41,432 nt of DNA from a virus. The stretch is from UHGV virus genome UHGV-1461890, one strand, 5' to 3'. Shown here piece by piece: positions 1-7,897 of this stretch (position 1 is the stretch's first letter; every line of letters begins with the position of its first letter). The position numbers and the translations under genes are program-made. The notes below the pieces were generated by a model. It was not told where the DNA came from, did no database searches, and saw only the letters and a program-made list of their open reading frames with translations.

Positions 1-47
1 CTGGCGATGGCTCTGGCTCTGGCGATGGCTCTGGCTCTGGCGATGGC
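1..47 (+). repeat. In-frame 18-bp tandem repeat (ggctctggctctggcgat) encoding (GSGSGD)n, entering from the left edge
   Basis: Units at 9-26 and 27-44 are identical. Frame 3 reads GDGSGSGDGSGSGDG without a stop. Confidence 0.9.
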
Positions 48-518
48 ATAAAAGCCATAAATGGCGATACTATCTATCAAATAGACGGCATTGCAACAAT
101 TATAAAACAGGTTAGAAATAACATAGCAAAAGGTTATATTTTCAACGATGATTTATCCTTAACACCTTGCTACATAGTAAAAGGACATAACAAATTTGCT
201 CACGGCGAAACAATCAAAAAGGCTATGGAAGATTTAGAGAATAAAATCTTTGAAGATATGGACACCGATGAAGCGATAGAAATGTTCTTGAAAGAGTTTT
301 CTGACCTTGATAAAAAATATCCAGCTAAAGCATTTTATGTTTGGCACAACCGATTAACAGGCTCCTGTGAAATGGGAAGAAACTTATTCGTAAGGAATGG
401 CGGTTATGACCTTGAAAACGATACCTTCACCGTCAGGGAGTTCATTGAAATAACCAAAAATTCCTTCGGTGCCGACGTCATTAGGCAGTTGGCAGAGAGG
501 ATAGGTGATACCGAATGA
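3..518 (+). CDS. C-terminal part of a Gly/Ser/Asp/Tyr-repeat protein; the 5' end lies off the left edge and the N-terminus is probably the ORF at 41340-41432
   Basis: The frame of listed ORF 225-518 stays open back to nt 3 (GDGSGSGDG..IKAINGDTIYQIDG..HGETIKKAMEDLEN). The stop TGA at 516-518 overlaps the next start (ATGA). Confidence 0.7.
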   Translation, partial: GDGSGSGDGSGSGDGIKAINGDTIYQIDGIATIIKQVRNNIAKGYIFNDDLSLTPCYIVKGHNKFAHGETIKKAMEDLENKIFEDMDTDEAIEMFLKEFSDLDKKYPAKAFYVWHNRLTGSCEMGRNLFVRNGGYDLENDTFTVREFIEITKNSFGADVIRQLAERIGDTE

Positions 519-805
519 ACGAGCAAATTGATATATTCGGTAACGAAATATCAGCAACCGAACTTGCAAAGCAATTTCAAGAAACAGAACAAAAACATCG
601 AAGAAGATATAAACCTATGCAAGAATTATACGGCTTAACGCAAGGTAAAACTTGCAAGACTTGTAAGCATTGTTTGAAAATTAACTACCATTGCAAAACC
701 TATTATAAATGCGACTTATGGTTTATTAGCAATAGTGAAGCAACGGATATAAGGCTTAAAAATAATGCTTGTGGAAAATACGAAAGTGAGAGTGATACCG
801 AATGA
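515..805 (+). CDS. Small Cys-rich early protein (zinc-finger-like), function unknown
   Basis: ATGA start/stop overlaps at both ends. Cysteine clusters GKTCKTCKHC, YHCKTYYKC and NNACGKY. Confidence 0.6.
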   Translation: MNEQIDIFGNEISATELAKQFQETEQKHRRRYKPMQELYGLTQGKTCKTCKHCLKINYHCKTYYKCDLWFISNSEATDIRLKNNACGKYESESDTE

Positions 806-1200
806 CCGATAGAGATAGGCTGATAGAGTTATTAGAAGATACATTACACGAATGGGAATGTGATGTACAAACTGAAACATTATCGCAAATTGCAGAACAC
901 CTTATTGCAAACGGGGTTATAGTACCGCCTTGTAAGGTGGGGGATACGGTGTATATCAAAAATAGACCGCTGATAATCTCGTTTTTACATATTGAAAATG
1001 AAGTGTATTATGTTGTTCAGTTTGATTGTGATGACTGTGGCGATTGTCCTTTTTATGAGGACGAAGTTTCTTTCGAGGGTGAACACGATTGTATAACTAA
1101 TGGATATATACAATTTACTGAAAAAGATATAGGCAAAACCGTATTCCTCACCAAAGAGGAAGCAGAAGAAAAGTTAAAGGAGTTGAAAAATAATGGCTGA
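802..1200 (+). CDS. Hypothetical early protein
   Basis: 132-aa ORF coupled to its neighbours by overlaps. Contains a CDDCGDC cluster. No family recognised. Confidence 0.6.
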   Translation: MTDRDRLIELLEDTLHEWECDVQTETLSQIAEHLIANGVIVPPCKVGDTVYIKNRPLIISFLHIENEVYYVVQFDCDDCGDCPFYEDEVSFEGEHDCITNGYIQFTEKDIGKTVFLTKEEAEEKLKELKNNG

Positions 1201-1486
1201 ATACATAAAAAGAATGTCTGCAATGACAATTTGCGAAAGGTATAGCCAACATTGTTTTGAAACAAACGATAACAGAGGACAAGATATTGCCGACAGAATT
1301 TTTGATGAAATTACGGAAATTCCTACCGCAGATGTGGTTGAGGTTGTAAGGTGTAAGGATTGCAGGCATTGGGGCGATATTGCATACGGATTTATTTGTC
1401 GCAAATTTAGTGGAATTGATACAAAGATATGTATGGGTACAGACCAATTTTGCAGTTATGGTGAGTTAAAGGAGCGTGAGGGGTAA
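1193..1486 (+). CDS. Hypothetical early protein with a RCKDCRHW cysteine motif
   Basis: 97-aa ORF that overlaps the upstream gene by 8 nt and the downstream start by 1 nt. Confidence 0.6.
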   Translation: MAEYIKRMSAMTICERYSQHCFETNDNRGQDIADRIFDEITEIPTADVVEVVRCKDCRHWGDIAYGFICRKFSGIDTKICMGTDQFCSYGELKEREG

Positions 1487-1683
1487 TGAATTGTAAGCAT
1501 TGTGGTAGTGATGTAGGATTTTATACCAAAATAAAAGGTATTCAATATTATAACGAAAATGCGGAACCGCAAGGGTGCGATGTATCAACGGAAAATTATT
1601 CTGTATATTGTCAAGAGTGCAACAAAAGAGTTTGTAATATTACAGAGTTTTTCAAAAAAGGAAGTGAGCAAAATGCCCAATAA
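1486..1683 (+). CDS. Small zinc-ribbon protein (CxxC ... CxxC)
   Basis: NCKHCGS and YCQECNK pairs. The start shares the A of the upstream TAA stop. Confidence 0.55.
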   Translation: MNCKHCGSDVGFYTKIKGIQYYNENAEPQGCDVSTENYSVYCQECNKRVCNITEFFKKGSEQNAQ

Positions 1684-2137
1684 ACTAACCGATAGCGAGA
1701 TTGTAAAGGCTATGGAGATATTTGTTAATAGCGTAGGTAAAGGTTTTGTTTTTGCTAATGTTGATATAAAAAAAGACGAAATAAACGAGTTTAAACATAT
1801 CGACTTGTCTTATGATGAAATTTTTGACCTAATCAACCGCCTACAAGCAAAGAACTCAAATTTGACTTCTGATTTAACTTCTTTACAAAACGATTTAACT
1901 TCTTTGCAAAATGATTTGACTTCTTTAAAGGCAGAGAATGAGAGGTTGAAAAAGTCAAATGAAATGTTTACCGATATCGGCAAAATGTATAGTGAAATCA
2001 AAGCCGAAGCATACAAAGATATATTAAACTTCTTGGAATGCAGGTTTGTTTGTAAAGGAAAATTAACTGCTTTTGGATATGAGTCAGCAATAATAGATAT
2101 TAAAAATCACTTAAAAGAATTGGTGGGTGAGGAGTAA
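1673..2137 (+). CDS. Coiled-coil early protein with a DLTSLQN heptad repeat
   Basis: The listed ORF starts at 1559, but the ATG at 1673 is preceded by GGAAGTGAG (1660-1668) and avoids a long overlap with 1486-1683. Repeat LTSDLTSLQNDLTSLQNDLTSLKAENERLK. Confidence 0.6.
   Translation: MPNKLTDSEIVKAMEIFVNSVGKGFVFANVDIKKDEINEFKHIDLSYDEIFDLINRLQAKNSNLTSDLTSLQNDLTSLQNDLTSLKAENERLKKSNEMFTDIGKMYSEIKAEAYKDILNFLECRFVCKGKLTAFGYESAIIDIKNHLKELVGEE
1859..1930 (+). repeat. 21-bp tandem repeat, about 3.3 copies, inside CDS 1673-2137
   Basis: Successive units gatttaacttctttacaaaac / gatttaacttctttgcaaaat / gatttgacttctttaaag. Confidence 0.85.
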
Positions 2138-2343
2138 TGCAATATTATGTGATAAAGGACAAAAACACAGGCTTATATTTTCGTGGTAAAGGTGTAAATC
2201 GTTGGGGGAAACATCTTAATCAAGCAAGTATATATCGTGTGAAAGGAATGGCAGAGCATACCCTTAAAGAACTATCTTGGCGAGGGGAACAAGGGGTTAT
2301 AGTGCATATAAAAGTCATAGAATTGGTGGGTGAGGATAAATGA
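2137..2343 (+). CDS. Hypothetical 68-aa early protein
   Basis: ORF with TAATG and ATGA overlaps at its ends. Bracketed by an exact 18-nt direct repeat (2116-2133 and 2319-2336). Confidence 0.55.
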   Translation: MQYYVIKDKNTGLYFRGKGVNRWGKHLNQASIYRVKGMAEHTLKELSWRGEQGVIVHIKVIELVGEDK

Positions 2344-2660
2344 AAGCACACTACGCTAAAATTAACAAAACCGAGCCAAACGCAGCACAACGCAAAGTCT
2401 TACGGAATGAGGTGGTAAAAGAGTTTGATACCTTGCTTGAAAATTTTAACCACGATGTAATGGTGCAGATGTTATATTTGTTTCATTTTAAATATGGCTA
2501 CGGTCAAAAGAGATTGAAGCAGTTAAACAAGGATATTGCAGAAGCTCTTGACGGACTTAACGCAAGGTATGAATTATCAGTAAACGATACCGCTTGGTTA
2601 TGTGAGAAGAAACTCAAAGAAGATGGTATTGATGTAGACGAACTTTTTAAGGAGGTTTAA
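2340..2660 (+). CDS. Hypothetical 106-aa early protein
   Basis: ATGA overlap with the upstream gene. No family recognised. Confidence 0.6.
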   Translation: MKAHYAKINKTEPNAAQRKVLRNEVVKEFDTLLENFNHDVMVQMLYLFHFKYGYGQKRLKQLNKDIAEALDGLNARYELSVNDTAWLCEKKLKEDGIDVDELFKEV

Positions 2661-2662
2661 AA

Positions 2663-2899
2663 ATGGCAAAGCACAATACTTCAGCTTATATCGAATGTCC
2701 TTTTCATCATTGGTACGATGGTTGCAAATTGTGCTGTGAAGGAGTAAAAAAAGACTCTGCCATACATTTAGCTTTTTCCTCTCCTGATGAAAGGCGGCAA
2801 TATATGAAAGATGTTTGTTATAAAAACTATAGGCGATGTATTATTGCTCAGGCTTTATATAATAAACATAATAATATAAATATAAATAATAAAGGGTAA
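2663..2899 (+). CDS. Small Cys/His-rich protein
   Basis: 78 aa. AGGAGG lies about 9 nt upstream. Cys/His clusters ECPFHHW, GCKLCCEG, DVCY and RRC. Confidence 0.55.
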   Translation: MAKHNTSAYIECPFHHWYDGCKLCCEGVKKDSAIHLAFSSPDERRQYMKDVCYKNYRRCIIAQALYNKHNNININNKG

Positions 2900-2905
2900 T
2901 ATGCT

Positions 2906-3289
2906 ATGTATTATTATAATAATAAAAATAAATATAATAACAGTAAGGTAACCTTTAACGGTGAGGCCTATGATAGTCGCAAAGAGGCCAAAAGACATCA
3001 GGAACTTTTATTGCTGCAAAGAGCAGGAGAAATTAAAGACCTTCAAAGACAGGTTAAGTTTGAACTTATTCCTACCCAGCGAGAGCCTGATACCATCGGT
3101 AAGCGAGGCGGTGTACATAAGGGTAAAGTGATAGAAAATAATGTTAATTATATTGCTGACTTTGTGTATACCGATTGTCGCTCAGGTGAAAAAGTGGTTG
3201 AGGATAGCAAAGGTATGAAAACTGAAAAATATATAATAAAGCGCAAACTTATGCTTTATATTCATGGCATCAGAATATTAGAAACATAG
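2906..3289 (+). CDS. DUF1064-type protein (predicted PD-(D/E)XK Holliday-junction-resolvase-like nuclease)
   Basis: N-terminal pattern NSKVTFNGEAYDSRKEAKRHQELLLLQRAGEIKDLQRQVKFELIP, then YIADFVY, as remembered for DUF1064 phage proteins. Last gene before the packaging module. Confidence 0.6.
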   Translation: MYYYNNKNKYNNSKVTFNGEAYDSRKEAKRHQELLLLQRAGEIKDLQRQVKFELIPTQREPDTIGKRGGVHKGKVIENNVNYIADFVYTDCRSGEKVVEDSKGMKTEKYIIKRKLMLYIHGIRILET

Positions 3290-3291
3290 AG

Positions 3292-3320
3292 ATAGGAGGC
3301 TGAAAAGCCTTCTATTTTTT
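3292..3320 (+). terminator. Rho-independent terminator after the early operon
   Basis: Stem ataggaggct / agccttctat (one mismatch), loop gaaa, followed by TTTTT at 3316-3320. Confidence 0.6.
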
Positions 3321-3327
3321 ATGCAGG

Positions 3328-3366
3328 TAGGGGGGGTTTAGGATTTCATAACCTGTGTATTAAAAT
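3328..3366 (+). promoter_or_regulatory. Candidate late promoter: G7 run + TTAGGA-N17-TAAAAT upstream of terS
   Basis: TAGGGGGGGTTTAG at 3328-3341, -35-like 3338-3343, -10-like 3361-3366. The same 14-mer and the same geometry recur at 27274-27312. Confidence 0.35.
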
Positions 3367-3397
3367 ATGCGTATAGCAAAGAAGGAAGGAGTTTTCT

Positions 3398-4021
3398 GTG
3401 GATTGGGATTGGAAAAAAGTAAAGTCAGAATATATCACATCAGAAAAGTCAAGCTACAGAAAGCTTGCAGAAAAATATGATATACCACTTGGCACTCTTC
3501 AAAAGAGAGCTAAAAAAGAAAATTGGCCCGACCTCAAAAAACAAAGTGGTGACAGAACGGTTGCAAAAACCATAACAGTCATTGAGAAAAAACAAGTCGA
3601 TAAATTCAAGAGAATTCAAGATATTGCCGACAAGTTGCTCGATAAAATTGAAAAGGCTGTTGATGAGCTTGATATTCATCTTGCAAAGAAAACAATAAAG
3701 ACAAAAGAGATTGAGTATCACAATTATGAAAGACCTGACAAGCCAACGAAGGAAACCATAAACGAAACCGAGGAAATAATTGACTATCACTCTATTATAG
3801 ACCGAAAAGGTGTACAGGAACTTGCTGCCGCAATTAAGAATCTCAAAGAGGTTCAAATGCTTAAATCAGAACTTGATGAAAAAGAGCAAGAGGCACGAAT
3901 TGCTAAGCTCCAAAGGGATGCTGAGATTAACAATAACGATGACAATAAACCTCATGGAGTGGTACTTATGCCTCCTATAATGGACGACTTAACGCCACCG
4001 AAGGAGGAGACAGATGAATAA
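3398..4021 (+). CDS. terS: Terminase small subunit (HTH type)
   Basis: GTG start 7 nt after GGAAGGAG. N-terminal YRKLAEKYDIPLGTLQKRAKKENW HTH, typical of Firmicute phage TerS. Immediately upstream of TerL and overlapping it. Confidence 0.7.
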   Translation: MDWDWKKVKSEYITSEKSSYRKLAEKYDIPLGTLQKRAKKENWPDLKKQSGDRTVAKTITVIEKKQVDKFKRIQDIADKLLDKIEKAVDELDIHLAKKTIKTKEIEYHNYERPDKPTKETINETEEIIDYHSIIDRKGVQELAAAIKNLKEVQMLKSELDEKEQEARIAKLQRDAEINNNDDNKPHGVVLMPPIMDDLTPPKEETDE

Positions 4022-5480
4022 CGTTATTTGGTCACCTCAGCCAAGGCAGTTAGAGTTTATGATGCGCCCTGAAAACGAAGCCTTATATGGTGGAGCTGCC
4101 GGTGGTGGTAAATCTGATGCTTTGGTGATTGAAGCCACAAGGCAAGTACACATACCTCATTACAAGGCATTGATACTTCGTAAGACATATCCTCAGTTGA
4201 CCGAACTGATTGAAAAGTCATTAAGATATTATCCATTGGCATTTCCAAAAGCACGATACAATGCATCTGAACACACATGGTACTTCCCAAGTGGCGCAAA
4301 GATAGTATTTGGCTCAATGCAGCATAGCAAGGATAAATTAAACTATCAAGGAAAAGCGTATGATTTCGTCGCATTTGACGAATTAACGCATTTTACCTAT
4401 GAGGAATATATATATCTTTCTTCTCGTAACAGAGCAAATGGGCCGGGGACAAGGGTGTATATGAGAGCAACCGCTAACCCCGGTGGTATCGGACATGGTT
4501 GGGTTAAGGAAAGATTTATAACTGCTGCCGAGCCTATGACTACCATTTGGGAATCAGTTAAGGTTGAACACGAAGGCAAAGTTGAAGAGAGACACCGTTC
4601 GAGAATATTTGTTCCCTCTTCTGTGTTTGATAACAAGATACTTCTTGAGAATGACCCTGATTATCTAACAAGACTTGCATCTATGCCCGAAGCTGAAAGA
4701 AAAGCCTTACTCTATGGTGATTGGGATAGTTACTCAGGACAGTATTTTGCCGAATGGAGAGATAAACCCGAACATTATGACGATAGACAATGGACTCATG
4801 TTATCAATCCATTTAAGATACCTGACCATTGGAAGATATATCGCTCATTTGACTGGGGTTATAACAAACCATTCTCATGTGGTTGGTGGGCCATAGATAC
4901 AGATGGTGTTGCCTACCGTATCCTTGAGTTATATGGATGTACTCAGACCGCTAACGAAGGTCTTAAATGGACAGCAAAGCAGGTATTTGAAGAGATACAT
5001 CGTATAGAGACCGAACACGAATGGCTTAAAGGCAAACGCATTAACGGAGTAGCCGACCCTGCTATATTCTCTGCCGATGGTGGTGAATCAATAGCAGAAT
5101 CAGCTCAAAAGTGCAGAGTTTACTTTACACCGGGTGACCATCAGCGAATACCGGGATGGATGCAGATGCATTATAGGTTAGCATTTGATGAGAATGGATA
5201 CCCGATGATGTATATATTCAAAAACTGCAAAGCATTTATAAGAACGGTACCTACATTGATATACGATGACCACAAGGTAGAGGACCTCAATACAGAGGGT
5301 GAGGACCATATTGCTGACGAAACAAGGTACTTCTGTATGAGTAGACCAATTAAACCGAGGAATGCAAACAAGCCTGATGATTATACAGGCAAGAATCCTC
5401 TCAACATATTCCTTGATATACCTAAAGAGGATATTAAAACAGTTTCTCGTAGACCAACAATAATAATTAACGGAGGATAG
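4014..5480 (+). CDS. terL: Terminase large subunit
   Basis: Walker A YGGAAGGGKSDA and Walker B YDFVAFDELTH. C-terminal nuclease-type region. Sits upstream of the portal. Confidence 0.9.
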   Translation: MNNVIWSPQPRQLEFMMRPENEALYGGAAGGGKSDALVIEATRQVHIPHYKALILRKTYPQLTELIEKSLRYYPLAFPKARYNASEHTWYFPSGAKIVFGSMQHSKDKLNYQGKAYDFVAFDELTHFTYEEYIYLSSRNRANGPGTRVYMRATANPGGIGHGWVKERFITAAEPMTTIWESVKVEHEGKVEERHRSRIFVPSSVFDNKILLENDPDYLTRLASMPEAERKALLYGDWDSYSGQYFAEWRDKPEHYDDRQWTHVINPFKIPDHWKIYRSFDWGYNKPFSCGWWAIDTDGVAYRILELYGCTQTANEGLKWTAKQVFEEIHRIETEHEWLKGKRINGVADPAIFSADGGESIAESAQKCRVYFTPGDHQRIPGWMQMHYRLAFDENGYPMMYIFKNCKAFIRTVPTLIYDDHKVEDLNTEGEDHIADETRYFCMSRPIKPRNANKPDDYTGKNPLNIFLDIPKEDIKTVSRRPTIIINGG

Positions 5481-5481
5481 T

Positions 5482-7485
5482 ATGGCTTTATTTAATCGTA
5501 AAAATAAAGGCGAAGAGGCACAGAAGCAGCCTACCAATGAAGAGCAAATGCTCCTGAGACAGTCTGCACCTCAGCCTACTGCCGAAGAAGAGGCTATGAG
5601 GCTAAGGCAAGGCAAGGCTCCTGATGGGAGTATAGATGGCCTTAAAGCACTTGCTCAGGTGATTGGTAGGGAACAGGTACAAAAGGCATATCAGACTCTT
5701 CTCAAGTACAAGGAAGGCAAAGCCAACCTAGAAAAGAGAATAGTTGAGAATGAACAATGGTACAAGCTCAGGCATTGGGAGTGTATGAGAAAGCAAGAGA
5801 GTGAGGTACAGCCTGTATCAGCTTGGTTATTTAACAGTATAGCCAACAAACACGCTGATGCTATGGATAACTTCCCATCACCTAATGTGCTTCCTCGTGA
5901 AGAAGGAGACAAGGCTGAAGCTGAAATGCTTACCTCTATCCTTCCTGTAGTTCTCGACCAGAACGAGTTTGAGCAGACCTATAGTGATGTATGGGATTAC
6001 AAGCTCAAGACAGGTACAGGCGTATATGGTGTCTTTTGGGATAGTTCTAAGCTTAATGGTCTTGGTGATATAGCAATCAAGAAGATTGACCTTATAAATC
6101 TATTCTGGGAGTCAGGCATTACTGATATCCAAAGGTCACGAAACATATTCCATGTAGAACTTGCAGACAATGACATTCTTGTTCAGACATATCCCCAACT
6201 TGCAGGTAAACTTGGAACATCAACCTTAGACCTTAGCAAGTATGTATATGACGATACCGTTGATACCACCGACAAATCGGCTGTTATAGATTGGTACTAC
6301 AAAAAGAATCAGAATGGTAAAAATGTTCTTCATTATTGCAAGTTCGTAAACGATGAGGTACTATTCGCTACCGAAAACGAGCCAAACTTCACCGAAAGAG
6401 GCTGGTATGACCATGGCGAGTATCCGTTTGTATTTGACGTGTTGTTCTCGGTTGCAGGTACTCCTGCCGGATTTGGTTATATAGACGTTGGCAAGGATGC
6501 TCAAGCATACATAGACCGAGGTAGTCAGGCAATTATGAAAAATATGTTAGCCAATGCAGCACCTCGTCACTTTGTCCGTCAGGATGGTGGTGTAAATGAG
6601 GACGAATACACCGACCTCAGCAAAGATTTAGTTCATGTAGATGGCAACCTTGGTCAAGACAGCATTATGGCTATTCAGGGTAAGCCTCTCAGCAATATCT
6701 ATTTGCAGATATTGCATGACAAGATAGATGAACTGAAGGAAACCACAGGAAACCGAGATGTATCTAACGGTGGTACAACATCAGGTGCTACTGCCGCTTC
6801 TGCCATAGCAGCTATGCAAGAGGCAGGCTCTAAGTTATCTAGAGATGCTAATAAATCTGCATATCGTTCATTCAGGAAGCTTTGCCTATTGTCTATTGAG
6901 CTTATCAGACAGTTCTATGACCTACCAAGATGCTTCAGAATCATGGGTGAGAATGGCACAGCAAGATATGTTCAGTATAGCAATGCAGGGATAGCTCCTC
7001 AATCTCAGGGCACAGAGTTTGGTACTGATATGGGATTCAGGATTCCCCTGTTTGATATAGAGGTTACTGCTCAAAAGCAATCACCTTACTCAAAGATGTC
7101 GCAAAATGAACTTGCTTTGCAGTTCTTCGGAGCAGGCTTTTTTAATCCTCAGATAGCAGACCAAGCACTCGCCTGTCTTGACATGATGGACTTTGACAGA
7201 AAAGAGTTCATTATGCAAAAGATTGCTCAAAATGGCGGTATGTATCAGCAGATGATGGCTATGCAGCAACAGATGATAATGTTAGCAAAAATGGTAGACC
7301 AAGCAAGAGGAAGCAATATAGCCGAACAGTTAATGGCTCAATTCTCAGGACAGGCACCTGTACAAGCTATTGATGGTAATGCTCCTAATGTATCGGATAA
7401 AGAGGCATTGGGTGGTGATGGTGGAGAAGCCTCCACAACCAAGAAGGCAAGACAGCGAGTGGTTGAGTCTACTGACCCGACATAG
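5482..7485 (+). CDS. Portal protein
   Basis: 667 aa directly after TerL with a GGAGGA RBS. Size and position fit a portal. Q/M-rich C-terminal tail. Confidence 0.8.
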   Translation: MALFNRKNKGEEAQKQPTNEEQMLLRQSAPQPTAEEEAMRLRQGKAPDGSIDGLKALAQVIGREQVQKAYQTLLKYKEGKANLEKRIVENEQWYKLRHWECMRKQESEVQPVSAWLFNSIANKHADAMDNFPSPNVLPREEGDKAEAEMLTSILPVVLDQNEFEQTYSDVWDYKLKTGTGVYGVFWDSSKLNGLGDIAIKKIDLINLFWESGITDIQRSRNIFHVELADNDILVQTYPQLAGKLGTSTLDLSKYVYDDTVDTTDKSAVIDWYYKKNQNGKNVLHYCKFVNDEVLFATENEPNFTERGWYDHGEYPFVFDVLFSVAGTPAGFGYIDVGKDAQAYIDRGSQAIMKNMLANAAPRHFVRQDGGVNEDEYTDLSKDLVHVDGNLGQDSIMAIQGKPLSNIYLQILHDKIDELKETTGNRDVSNGGTTSGATAASAIAAMQEAGSKLSRDANKSAYRSFRKLCLLSIELIRQFYDLPRCFRIMGENGTARYVQYSNAGIAPQSQGTEFGTDMGFRIPLFDIEVTAQKQSPYSKMSQNELALQFFGAGFFNPQIADQALACLDMMDFDRKEFIMQKIAQNGGMYQQMMAMQQQMIMLAKMVDQARGSNIAEQLMAQFSGQAPVQAIDGNAPNVSDKEALGGDGGEASTTKKARQRVVESTDPT

Positions 7486-7497
7486 TGAGGTGACTAT

Positions 7498-7842
7498 ATG
7501 ATAAAAGTACAGTTTGAACATCGAAAGGATATAAACACTATCGTTATGAAGGTAGAAGGCCATGCAGGACAAGCCACAAAAGGCAATGATGTTATATGCT
7601 CTGCTGCATCTATCCTCGTATATACGGTAGCACAGTACCTCAACTTTATTTATAAACGAGGAGGCCTTCAGAAGAAGCCTCGTATCCTGCTAAATGACGG
7701 AGATGCGCTGATAGTAGCCAAGCCTAAGAGTGAATTTGAGGGCGAAGTGCTAAACACGTTTTTCGTTGCTGAGGTGGGATACTCGCTACTCGCACACAAT
7801 TACCCACAGTATGTGAAACTTAAAATGTTTGGTGAGGCTTAA
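7498..7842 (+). CDS. prp: Prp-type (ribosomal-processing cysteine protease family) protease, phage-encoded
   Basis: 114 aa with the VEGHAGQATKGNDVICSAASIL His/Cys dyad pattern of the Prp (DUF464) family. Lies between portal and scaffold. Confidence 0.75.
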   Translation: MIKVQFEHRKDINTIVMKVEGHAGQATKGNDVICSAASILVYTVAQYLNFIYKRGGLQKKPRILLNDGDALIVAKPKSEFEGEVLNTFFVAEVGYSLLAHNYPQYVKLKMFGEA

Positions 7843-7897
7843 AGCCTTAAATATATACCAAAAGTCTCGCTCACTTACGAGCAGAAAGGAAAAATAT

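Noticed and set aside
1-47. Short regular repeats at both window ends (also 41376-41432) as a CRISPR array or terminal repeats
   Set aside because: The units are contiguous 18-bp coding repeats with no spacers. They are in frame with flanking ORFs and encode Gly/Ser/Asp/Tyr. They do not form an exact direct terminal repeat.
1559-1672. Upstream extensions of listed ORFs (1559, 7829, 9997, 10264, 27317, 35626, 35791 and 40265 starts)
   Set aside because: Each extension overlaps the upstream gene, a hairpin or the RBS itself. A downstream ATG with a proper Shine-Dalgarno spacing is available, and those starts are used in the feature list.
2865-2945. Extremely AT-rich stretch as a promoter or unwinding element
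   Set aside because: It is coding on both sides (..NKHNNININNKG stop; MYYYNNKNKYNN..), with only a 6-nt gap. I found no convincing hexamer pair.
3449-3856. 135-aa antisense ORF within terS, and similar antisense ORFs in terL, portal and capsid (for example 4057-4374 and 5178-5537)
   Set aside because: They are opposite confidently assigned genes, have hydrophobic low-complexity translations, and show no independent signals.
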